In this document: in pieces, positions 11,955 to 23,279 of the stretch
Position numbering within the stretch: position 1 is the first letter of the stretch
How the letters are laid out: each line of letters opens with the position of its first letter
NCBI RefSeq assembly: GCF_004010195.1
Contig: NC_057758.1
Span: forward strand, 3,540,269-3,604,268
Length of the DNA stretch: 64,000 bases
Source: Chiloscyllium plagiosum
Lineage: Eukaryota
Reading direction: 5' to 3'
Notes under the pieces: generated by a model
The model's input: only the letters and a program-made list of their open reading frames with translations
Told to the model about the DNA's origin: nothing
The model's database searches: none
Program-made: the position numbers and the translations under genes

Positions 11955-12830
11955 ATTGAGCCAGAAACTAACCTGGACCAGCCATATCAATACAGTGTCT
12001 AACGAGCGATTCAAAGGTGAGAAATCCCGCAGCGACTAATTCAGCTCCTTACTCTCCCCTCCACTCACCTCCAACCCTCGCAACTCGCAAAATCTATCCA
12101 CCATTGACAAAGCACAACTCAGTTGTGTAAAACCCTGTTGCCTGGATTTTTGCAGCTGCTATTACTCTCAAGAGACTCGATCCAGGACAAAAAAGTTCAC
12201 GTGATTGGCAGAGCATCCACACACATAATACTCGCTTGACCACCAAATCTCAGTGGCAGTGTGTACCTTCTACAAGATGCACATCAGAAATTTACCAGAA
12301 CTCCTAATTGAGCACCTCTGTACCCTGTGACCATTTCCAGTTGGCTGGACAAGGAATGCAGACGCAAGGGAATATAGCCTCTCCAAGCCACTCATCATCG
12401 TGACTTGGAAGTATATCGCATTCCTTCACTGTCGCAGGTTAAAATTCTGGAAGTCCCTCCCATATGGAATGATGGGTCTACACCGAGCACACAGACTGCT
12501 TTGTTTCAATAGCGCAGCCCACCACCACCTTCTCAAGAGGAACTATGGAGAGCAAAAATGTTGGCCGAACAAGTGGCTCTCATTTCAATTGAATGAATAG
12601 GAATGAAAGGTAAGTGAAATATTTCGAGAGTTCCTTCAAAGTCACTGGGTCAAAATTCTCTAACTGCTTTCCTGACGGCTTATTGTTAGTCTGGGTGCAT
12701 CACACTGACCACTGCAGTTCAAGAAGGAGTTCAGCCGCTTCTCTTCTCAAGGGGCGCAAATAGGGATGGACAACAAATGACGGACCGGCCAATGTGCACC
12801 ACGTCTTGTGAATGAAATGTAATGAAGGGT
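11955..12830 (+). mobile_element. L2/CR1-group LINE 3' end with duplicated tail
   Basis: CACCACCACCTTCTCAAG...GAATGAAT tail. The terminal ~200 bp recurs at ~12630-12830. Confidence 0.6.
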
Positions 12831-13934
12831 AAGTGAAGACAAAGATGATGTGCTTTCAGAGGGTACTGATCTGTGAGATGTCCTTCTTCTCTCCCTCATC
12901 ATCTCAGATCCCGACGCCATCTTATTGCATCCCTATCGCCGAAATATTTCCTATCACTCTGTCTTGATCCAACTTCAGACCCCACTGTGAAATGTTATTT
13001 CACACAAGCGTTCAGACATGAATGGAAGAAACCAGAGTCATTACGACGGTATAGTAATGTACAGTCCTCGAGCTGACATTTGCTGAACTACATCCGAGGA
13101 TATCCGTAACAAAATAGATCACACTGAGGTTCTCTCTATATATCTGTGCTGTTGATTTTCTTTTCACACTTTATGAATTTCTCTCTCCTCCCTCATTAAT
13201 GTCGCTGTCGCTGTTTCTATCTTGAACGCCGTTAGTTTTATTCCCTCACCTATGTCACACAATATATATTTCACTCTCTCTGTAAAGTCTTCATTCAAAC
13301 ACTTTTTCACTCTCATTGCCCAATCTCTGTTTCTCCAATTCTTTTTCCATGTATCTCTCTTTCATTACTCTTTGCTCCTGTTTTTTTCCTCTTGAACCCC
13401 TTCATCTTCTTTCACTTTCCCCCATTAATCATTCTCTCACGCACACTTCTCTCTTCATTCTCTGCTCTGCATTACACTCTAACACATTTATCTCCTTTCT
13501 CTTTGCCACTCTATTCTCTATACCTGTATTTCCCTTTCTAACCCGTTTATTTTCCTTCTGCATACCTCATATTATTCTCTCTAACGAGAATGGTGGATGG
13601 ACAGGAAATATTCAATGGCAAGGCAGTAAAATGACACAAACCCACGATTGCATTATTTTAGGGTAGGATAGAGTTGAAGTTTTGAGGCAATAATACAAAG
13701 CAGTGGGATAGAAATAAAAGTTTCTTGCTGTTTTTGGATGTAAGGCAAGAATCATCATCTAAATATCTAACAATGCTCTGAAACATATCAAGGCTAAAAT
13801 GAAGGAACAACGCCTTAAACTTCTGGACATGTGTGGATATCAGGTGAGGATGGCAGAATTGCTCACCAAAGGGCAGCATTGAGTCAAGTTCTTTTTTTTC
13901 CAACTATCTGGGAATGATGATCTCTGTGGAGTTA

Positions 13935-15315
13935 TCTCACCCAAAGCCAACTCTGTTCTGCGAGCAATGCCCGGTCACACTACCCCCTCTAATCCTCTGG
14001 GAATGGACCTTTGGCCTACCACATAATTAGTCCAATATCAATGGCCTCCTACTCCACCCCATCTCACTTGACATAGCAACAGTCAGTTGTCCCACAAACA
14101 TTGTTCCCCCAGCAACGGTCTGTAACCCTACCCCTCTACTCCCACAGCAGCATAATAGTCACATACAAAATCTGTTCCCTCAGACTTGGCCTGTGTAGCA
14201 TCTGTACTCTGTTCCTTATCAATGATCAATGGTTCCACTCCCTTACTTTCCCCAAGGAAACGTCAGTAGTCCACCCGAAACGGTTCTCAGGCTATATACC
14301 TACAGACCCTTCCGATTCTGCTTAACGAGCAACAGACTGTGGCCTATTCTCAACCATTTACCAAGCAGAGGCTTGCAGCACGACAGCCTGTACAGTCGGC
14401 TCTCATTCCACCCACACTTCCTCCTTCAGAAAGGATCGTGGCAATGCACACACACTGTTCCAAAGCAAAGCCATTTGAAACCACCTGACCCACCTTTCTC
14501 ATAGCATCAGTGTGTGACCCCGCAAACACAGTGTTCCCCTGGACACCGAAGGAGGCTTAAACGACTACTGTTTCGCCTAACAAACACCCTCTCTGTTCCC
14601 TGAGCAAAGGCTTGCTGCAATGTTACCACGCTGCTCCCCCAGCAACTGACTGCATTCTCACACTCACTCTCGTCCCCTAGCAACGGACTGTGGACCTACC
14701 CAAAACCTGTTCTGGAAACATCAGTCAGTGATTCTGCATCTAATCTTCTCATGGCAAAGACTGCTGGATCCATCACCTTTCTATTCCTCTTGTGGTCATA
14801 TACCCATTTCGATTGCCGAAGAACTAGCAATTGTTGCATCGCTACTCTGATCCCACGTGAACACCCAACGTCATCAGCTCCCTCTGTTATCCTTTCCAAT
14901 GCTTATGCTCTCACTACCTTGCTTTCCTGTCAGCAGTGGCCTGAGAATCTGTACCTAATCTGTTCCATTAACAAAGGCCTGTGACCCATTCCTCATTCTA
15001 TTCACCCAGCAATCGTCTGTCCACCTTTCCCCAACCCTTTCTACAAGCAATAGCCTTTGTGCACATAGCCACTCTGCCCCCCAGCAAAGGACAGTGGTCG
15101 AACACCAATTATTTTCCCCTGGCAACGGAATGTGGGCCCATCCCACATTCTTCCAAAGACAACATCCGTCAGCCCCATCACCACACTGTTTCTCTGACAA
15201 GGGTTCATGATCCTACACCTGCTTTTCTTTCCCTAATGATTGGCTGCTGGACCACCACTGCACTGTTGCATTAACAACCGGCTTTGTCCACTTCCACATA
15301 ATTTTCTCCAGCAAC
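13935..15315 (-). repeat. Cryptic ~38-bp period array of X-box-like cores, copy A
   Basis: Reverse complement of 59003-60790, lacking a 400-bp block. Confidence 0.8.
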
Positions 15316-15936
15316 AGAAGCTAAGAGGGAGTTGGAGGTGGACAGAATTTGAAAGAGAGAGAATGGAGGAGGTACAGGGAGAGCAAGACGAAGAGACAGT
15401 GAAGGAGAATGGGGGAGGGAGATACAGTGAAAAGCAATTACAAAATAGGAGGTGCAGAGAGTACAAATGAGAGAAATTGTGAGAATGGGAGAAAGAGATG
15501 AATGGAGAGGAACAGAGAGAAAGTTGAATTCTGCTGAGGCCAGGACGGGGTGATCAACACAGAAGTGAAAGCAAGGACAGAATGATTAAACAGAATTATT
15601 GTGTCCCATCCGGTTCCATCCCCTTCTCGGATGACAAGGACATGGGTAAAAATCTCCAGCTTAGTTTCTTCAAAGCAAAGACAAACTCTTCTGCTTGACA
15701 CTTTTTAATGATCTTTTTAATCAGTTACGAGTTGAAGTTATGGATACAGTCAGGTGAGAGCAGTGCCTTGTCAGGCTGGCCCCTGAGTTGAGAGAAACGC
15801 TGAGATATACCCCTGTAATCACTTGTCAGAGGATAAGGATGGACAAACCAGTACTGTCCTCATTCTATTACCATATTGACAAGCTGCTTAACTGCTGAAA
15901 CATTGAATTGAAATATGAAAATCCTGAATTGATTGA

Positions 15937-16844
15937 TTAATGAGTGAATTGGATTGATTTATGAATTTGGATAAAGGGATACTTCAGCACATTCTTCAAC
16001 TGCTGTCTGAACTTTTTCTGGGTCACAGCATATATCGCTGTGTTTGTGCAGCAACTGAGGAGCTGCAGCATGAAGCCTAATTCCTTCACAAATGGATAGA
16101 CATACACAGACCTATACCCGAAATACCACATCCGGTTCCATATAGAATACACCATTAGCATTGACCATAACAAGATGAAATTGCCCGAGATCACAAACAG
16201 CAAAATTATGGATCTTTATCGATTTTGCATTTCTGTGTCACACTGACCGTCCCCATTTGTGTGAGCACGCAGTCTCTTGCGGGCTCTGCTGGTCACTAAA
16301 ATGTGTCTAACGGTGAAAATATTGAGAAGTACAATCAGGAGAAATGGAAGAGCCGGGTTTAGGACGTGATGGAGGAACTCGATTGAAGTCCAGACACGAG
16401 AGGATTGAACACTGCTTATTACGTGACAAAACCAGGGGATGTTACTCATATTATATGTCCCTGCCAGCATGAAATACCAGAAAATGTTCTTTAAGCAGCT
16501 CAGCACAGTCACTGTTCCAAGAACCAAAGCCGCCGTTTGCTCACTGCAGTATTTACCTTTCAGGTTCTGGCAACAAATGGCTACAAACCGATCAAAGGTG
16601 AAAGTGACTGTGAATCAGACAGAACAGTCAGTTGCTGCATAAAACAGGACGGCGTGGATATTACACACTTGGATGTTCCACAGGAAAATAAACACTTCCC
16701 AATAAACAAAGGGAATGTGTCTCAATATCAGATCGAGGATAATTACCAGTAGATCCGCCACTGCCATGGCCCCCAGGTAACGACTGACACAGGGAGACAA
16801 TCCACAATCTTTATGATGCAGTATGAAGATTGTCGCTCTGGTAA
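15937..16844 (-). pseudogene. GPR139/GPR142-like class A GPCR exon 2, pseudogene (copy A)
   Basis: TM motifs MAVADL, DRFVAICC, NTAIY. In-frame stops at 16615-16617 and 16216-16218. Acceptor AG changed to GG at 16845-16846. Confidence 0.9.
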
Positions 16845-17899
16845 CCGTAAGGAAGGTAAACAAAGAAAATATGCATCATCTTGGAGGTAAAATTGTCAGT
16901 TTTATTGTGGACAGGGCCAGATTTCAAATGGCTCACTGTATTTAAAGATCTATTGAAATTACTGGAGCTGTAATAACACAGCGCAATGTCTGAATTACTT
17001 TAGAAATGTGACGTAAATACAAGAATTCCTCCTTTCCCAAACATGGAAACGAACATTCATAAGAACATTCATAAAGTTTCTAAGACACTGTCACACACTC
17101 GATCACTTGTAAGTAAACAAAGGTTATTTCTTTACATTTCCTGACAGGAAAAGTGAAAATCATTCTTAATGGTTCTGAACGGTTCAACCAGTTCCTTACA
17201 GACAAACGGAAGTTGGAAATTCCTGTCTTTCAGTCTAAGTTGTGGTGGTCATTCTGTCCTGAAGAAACGCAAACACAAACAAAAAAGTTCACTCCTTTAA
17301 CTGCCTGAATGTACTTCGAAACAATGTGTCCTCCTCCCTGCAACGTGATGTCTTTCTTGAGAATCATGTCTTTTGGTCAATTCACTGACTTTTGGCCAGT
17401 GACTAATACCATCAGTTGAAGAACGCTCCATAGATTGCTCCACTCCTTTTTCTGTCCAACTGTTCTTCTCTCTCTTTGGGATTTCTCCCCAATTATCGTT
17501 TACGTTTGACCCCTTGGTTCTGGAAAAATAAATGACATTTTCCGCCGATAATCAGTTCACAAGTCAGGGCACCAGACTGCATGGCTACTTCATAGAGCGT
17601 CTAAATTCGACCCGCAAAAGTGAACCAGAGGTTCCAGCTGTCTTACACATGCACACACGAACCTATTCGCTGTCCATGATCTTTCACAGGCTTAGTCCAG
17701 TGCTTCAGCGAAGCTCACCATCATTTGGAAAAGAAATACCTCATATTCTGAGAAGAGACTTTGCAACACTCTGGACTCAATATCGAGTTCAATTTCACAA
17801 ATAAGACTAATTGAAAGACAGGTGTCAGAGGGGTCCACTTGACTCGGGGCGGAGCTGAATGCGAGAGAGCAGAGAGCAATCTAGAAAGATATGTGAAAT

Positions 17900-18720
17900 A
17901 AAATCTTACCTCGTGGATTTTTGTTCAATCCATATGCGTAGCACACTCTTTGCAAAACAATTGCGCCTCAGTTTCCATTTTACTCTTTCCACTCTAACCT
18001 TAAACCTATGCCTGCTCACCCTCGGTTCCCAATGCTGTGAAAAATGATGAGTGCATTCAGTCAATCCATGCCCCTCATGACCTGATACACTTCTATGAGG
18101 ACCTCACACAGTCTACAACAAAATATGGAAAAATGTCAGAGTTTATCCAAACTCTGTCTACAAATGAGAGCATTGAGTTCTGGCAACATTATTGCAAATT
18201 TCTTCTGCACTCTTTCCAGTTTAATACTATCCTTTCGACAGCAAGGTGGCCCAAGCTGAACACTTATACTCCGAGTTCGGCCTCATTAACGTCTTTTTTT
18301 AGTTCTAACATAATTGTGCAACTTCTGTACTCAGTGCCCTGATCGATGAAGGCCAGTGTACCAAAGGCCGTCCTCACTACCCTGCCGATCTGTGACTCCA
18401 CTTTAAGTGAACCTGAACTCCATGGTCCCACTATTCTGGTACACTCTTTCAGGTCCGAACATTGACCATAAAATTCCTACCTTTATTTGAGGTGCCAAAA
18501 CACAACACCTCACACTTATCTACATGAAACTGCATTTTGCATTACTCGGCCCACTTCCCCAGCTGATCAAGATCCTGCTGTAATTTCTGATAACCATCCG
18601 AACCTTCTATGGTATCATCTACTTCAGTTTCATCAGCAATTTACGAATCATGCCTTGTCCATCCTCATTCAAATCATGGATGTCGATAAGAAACTTGAAT
18701 GTGTGACATGAGAATGCGGT
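17900..18720 (-). mobile_element. CR1 LINE ORF2 fragment (duplicated at ~55470-56260, +)
   Basis: LERVQKKF..MLP and LIEVY..M.G.D motifs. Confidence 0.8.
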
Positions 18721-19400
18721 AGGAATAGGTACCAAACAGCAATCAGAAACTCGAAATAAATCATCCTTGATCAGTTTGACAGAACATTTCATGTCGAGTC
18801 ACACAGGAAGCAGTACAGGGTGTTCAGCTGTTTGGAATCGGTATCAATGATTTAGCACAAATGCACTGTAACTATGTTAGGCGATGACGTTAAGGTAAAC
18901 AGACATGACGTTAAGGTAAACATCATTCAGAGAAGGTGCAGAGTGTCCAAATGAATACTTGGAGGTGAAAACAACGGGTGAAAGTTTGGAAGATCGAATA
19001 TAACATGACATATCCCATGTCATTTTATTTTCAGGACGAATGCGAGGCAGTATGTGAGTGAAAGGGAGAGAGATGGCAGCATTCGTGATACAGTGTGAAC
19101 TGAAAGATTCACTCTTACCCGTCAGACTTCGGAAGTTTTGCTAAATCTGATGGACTGCTCTGTCATGTTCTCAGTTGTCCCATTTCTCTCAGTGGCAAGT
19201 GATGAGCAGGGGGGTGTTTCAAGCCCCGTATTAAGGAGATGACGTCAATCTGAAAGGCCATTTTTCCTTGCACGTGAAGACATGAAGCCGTTGTGAATGG
19301 CTGACTGCTTCTAAATGAAGAGGCTCTGGCTGTTTTTCGGACTGTGGGTATTCACCAACACGACGTGCCATGCATGGGCACATTGCAACATTAGATTCTT

Positions 19401-19666
19401 TTAGATTAGATTAGATTAGATTAGATTCTCTACAGCGTGGAAACATGCCCTTCGTCCCAACAAGTCCACACTGACCACACCCCCCCCCCCCCCCTCCAAG
19501 AGTCACCCACCTAGACCCATTTCCCTCTGACTGAAGCAACTAACACTATGGACAATTTAGCATGGCCAATTGACCTGACCTGCACATCTTTGGACTGTGG
19601 GAGAAAACCGGAGCTGGAATCGAACCTGGGATCCTCGTGCTTTGAGACAGCAGTGATAATCACTGA
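19401..19666 (-). mobile_element. HE1-type SINE with internal deletion (paralog of 54444-54770)
   Basis: (TTAGA)n tail and SINE body; about 65 bp missing at ~19613 relative to copy B. Confidence 0.85.
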
Positions 19667-20996
19667 GAGCTCCTTCAGTCCTCCTACTTCTCCGCGATGA
19701 CATGTGGACCACGTAGTTCCATGTATATGATCGTGAGTACCGCTATACTGGGAAAACAAGCATACACTGGGTAGCTCCCTGCTGAGAGAGAACGCATTGT
19801 ATTCCCCTAATCCGCAATATATATCCTCCTACATTGATGTAAGCATCATGGGAGATGATTGATATGTTACCCATACGTGCCAGGCCATTTCCGGATATTC
19901 GAAGCTGAATGAAACTGTGACTCTCGCACCATCCTCCCCCTGGTGTGAAGCTGCTAGTTGTGTTGCAGGAGGTGACACCGCTCTGTGACCAGCTCCTTGA
20001 TAAATCAGGGTTCCCTCACACACTGCTCCTGGGTTAAGCGTAGGTTGGGAAGGTGTTCTTGGAAATCCTTGGATGGATACATCAAATTACTTCCCTATCT
20101 CACCCACACTCCAAAACGCACGCACACACACACACACACGCACACACCTGTGGTCATTGCATTTTCAGATTTCAGTAGGGCGTTCAACAGAGTTCGTCGT
20201 GGTAGACTGTTAAGTACAGTAACATTGGATTGAAGGTCGTAGTCAGAGAGTGTGGTGAAGGCCTACGTTTTGTGACCAGTGGTGCGCCAGAATAATTCGT
20301 TTAATGTTCATCTTTTGTGATTTATATGAATAAGTCGGAAAGGAATATAGGAAGTCGATCGTTAGTGAGTTTGCAAATAACACCATAAGTGATGGTTTAA
20401 GGGGCAGAGATGAATGGTATCTCCGAGTCCGGTGAGGCCTTAAGTAACTGGGCGGCAAGGACGGCATTCCCCTTTTTGCAGTTTCCCTCAGTCAATTCGA
20501 ACAATTATTAGAGAAACAGAGACTTTCAGGGTGAAGGCGATTCAAGTTCGACGTCCAGAATGGATTTGGAGTGCTGGCATCTCATTACGGTTTATTATTG
20601 TTGTTTAACGTTGTAGAGGGCAAGACTATCAGCTGAAGGAGGGTGTTAGGTGGGAACTAGCTGGAAGATTCCTTTAACATATCTCCCAATATGACAGAGC
20701 CTCCCCGCAGGTGGTAATAGATGCATGTGACTGCACAAAGTGACTCTGTGAGGCTAACACTGTTTAAACTACAATTTCTGAATGATTCTGCTTGATTTTT
20801 TTTCGGTGACCTTCCCTCCTTCCGGTCGAATGGATGGCAAAAACTAGGGCATGGACAACAGGCAATATAACGAATGTTTTTGATACAATTCAGAAAGCAG
20901 CAGGTCAAGTGTTATTGGATCCATATAATTGAACGCAGTCGATTTACAGAAATAAGTTGGTCGGTCTCACGGTTGTCACTTGGGATTTATTTTGCT

Positions 20997-21121
20997 TCAC
21001 GTCAATTTCCACTTGCAGCAGTGTCCTCCGACGACACACATGCCCATTATCGGGATTTCATGCCGAAGACAAGGGGATCGCTTGCAGATTCCATTCTCAA
21101 ATGCACAGTCTTTGAAGAAAC
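20997..21121 (-). CDS. Beta-defensin mature-peptide exon (exon 2)
   Basis: Strong acceptor ttcctttctctttttcag, phase 1. Reads (G)FFKDCAFENGICKRSPCLRHEIPIMGMCVVGGHCCKWKLT*, i.e. C-x6-C-x4-C-x10-C-x5-CC. AATAAA a few nt after the stop. Confidence 0.85.
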
Positions 21122-21841
21122 CTGAAAAAGAGAAAGGAATATTTCAGTGATGTCCCCAGCCAAACAATTAACTCTCAGTTTGTCACAAAATCAAGAATTA
21201 TGACGGCCAGAACTTTATCCAGTGAAGCTAGAGTGATTCAATCGAGGAGGTGCACACCAGAACTTTGCATAGTATTCTCAGTGTGGCCTTACCTAGGGGT
21301 TTAAAGATGATAACCGCACCCAGTGCTCTCAGTGCTGTCTTATCTCGGGACATTGAGACTAGAACTGTCTACTTGCTACCTATGTGATCACCGAGAGAGG
21401 ACGGTGCCCTGTCGTGCAACTGTTACCGAACTGAGAGATGTGGAGTCCAGAACCATTTACAGTGTGATCATACAAAGGGAGATTGAGACCATCTCTATGT
21501 ACACTGACCAATGTGGAGAGTAACTAAGGGATATTTGGACAAGAACCTACCCAAGGGTGGACTAAGTAAGGTACACAGAGGTCGGAAATGAGCACAGTGC
21601 TCTCAAAATCGAGTAACTGAGAGATAAGATGCGTAGGAAGCTTCACAGAGGTCTTACCGAGGGATATCAAGGCCATCCCTACATTATGCCAAGTAGCGTC
21701 TACCTAGAAATTGTGCAAAGTGCTCCCATTGTGACTTAACCAATTGATGTGCAAAATAACTTTGTGAACAGTGTTTTCTTTCATACAGGAAGCAAAGAAA
21801 AATACAGAAGGATATACACACGAGCAGGCTACAAGACCCCT

Positions 21842-22085
21842 TTAGATTAGACTCACGCTATTGTGGAAACAGGCCCTTCGGCCCAACAAGTCCACACCGA
21901 CCGGCCAAAGAGTAACCCATCCAGACCTACTTCCCACTGACTAATGCACCTCGCACTAGCATGGCCTGTCCACTTGACCTGCACAACTTTGTACAGCGGG
22001 AGGAAACCGGAGGAGCCCCAGAGGATGGAATCGAACTTCGGACGCTGATGCTGTGAGGGATCAGTACTAACTGTTGAACCACCAC
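21842..22085 (-). mobile_element. HE1-type SINE, internally deleted
   Basis: TTAGATTAG tail followed by GGAAACAGGCCCTTCGGCCCAACAAGTCC. Confidence 0.8.
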
Positions 22086-22578
22086 GTATGTAAAGTATTT
22101 TATTTAAAGGACAGTTTTCGAGAATACACTCTGTTTGTACGGAGTGAATTCCACAACTCGGGACTAATGCAGCTGAACAAAATGCAAACAATGGCTCACT
22201 GTCGAATCTCTGAGAATTCATCAGAATTAGAATGGTATGGGCATCCAGAAGCGTTATCGGGAATGGAGGATATTGCAGAGATTGAGAGCAGCTGGTCAAA
22301 GAGAGATTTGAAAGCATGTCCCTTTTAAACGTGGAAACGAAGATGCTGAGAACAGCATTTTGGTGAATTGTTTTTGATGGTCGATAATCAGTAAGTTAAA
22401 TTAAACTGTTCTTCGAAAATTTTCCAAAATGGGATGATAACCTTTCATTCAAAACAGGTGGAGTTGGGAAACCGGGCTGATTGAAACAAGGCAAACAATG
22501 AGTCAAATTCATTTGCAAAACAGCACACGCTTGAGGGGCTGGTTTTGCTCCAGTCCGTTTTCAAATAAATGTGCTAAC

Positions 22579-22670
22579 CAGTAAAGAAAAACCCTGGTCT
22601 TGGTTGACCATCCGCAGTGATTGGCTCGACAACCACCAAGGACGGTTTGCAGCAAAACCAATAATTTCAT
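22579..22670 (-). pseudogene. Putative beta-defensin signal-peptide exon 1 with a frameshift
   Basis: ATG MKLLVLLQTV, then +1 frame LVVVEPITADGQPRPGFFFT G|GTTAG. The 92-nt length is out of phase with exon 2. Confidence 0.55.
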
Positions 22671-23279
22671 CTTTCTCTATGGAGTCTTTCAGAGTCACGA
22701 TTAACTGACTGACTGTAACAGCGAGGTACTTTATCACAAATGAGACGCTGTTCTGTGGTTAATAACCAGAAATCAACGTTGAGGATTGGATCCACGTTGT
22801 GTTCATTATTAAGACATTTCACAAGCTAACATCAAATGTAACTGGAATCAAAGATTAAGCGTTTCTGTTAATCAGTTATTTCTCAGTGAACAGAGAGACC
22901 TAACTGTATAATTGTTGATATCATGAAGGTTCACAGGAAACGCTCAAACTGGGCAACTAGGTCTCGATTATTAGCTAAGAAAACCGGTTGGTCCATCATT
23001 CCTGCGCTGGCTGTTTTCAGTTCTCCCACAAAGCGCTCGCAGTGACACACTGGACCGAATGGTTGAACCTTTTCTTATTTTTTAATGCATTATTCGTTTC
23101 ACATTGATGAACCTTACTCCTGCTCCAAGTTACTGCTGCTCTTGGTGAGGAAACTGTTGCTGATGAGTAGCACGTAAGTTCTGAAATTTTTTATCGGATT
23201 ATGCAGCAGCAGCATTGTCAATTTAATGTTAACAGAATGTGATATTTTCCGGATTAATTAAGTTAAATGGGACCATCTT

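Larger units (their letters stand above)
13583..20460 (-). repeat. Inverted segmental duplication, copy A
   Basis: Reverse complement of 53180-61147. ORF pairs match, e.g. 13658-13903/60785-61159, 14955-15200/59518-59763, 17532-17804/56368-56640. Confidence 0.95.
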
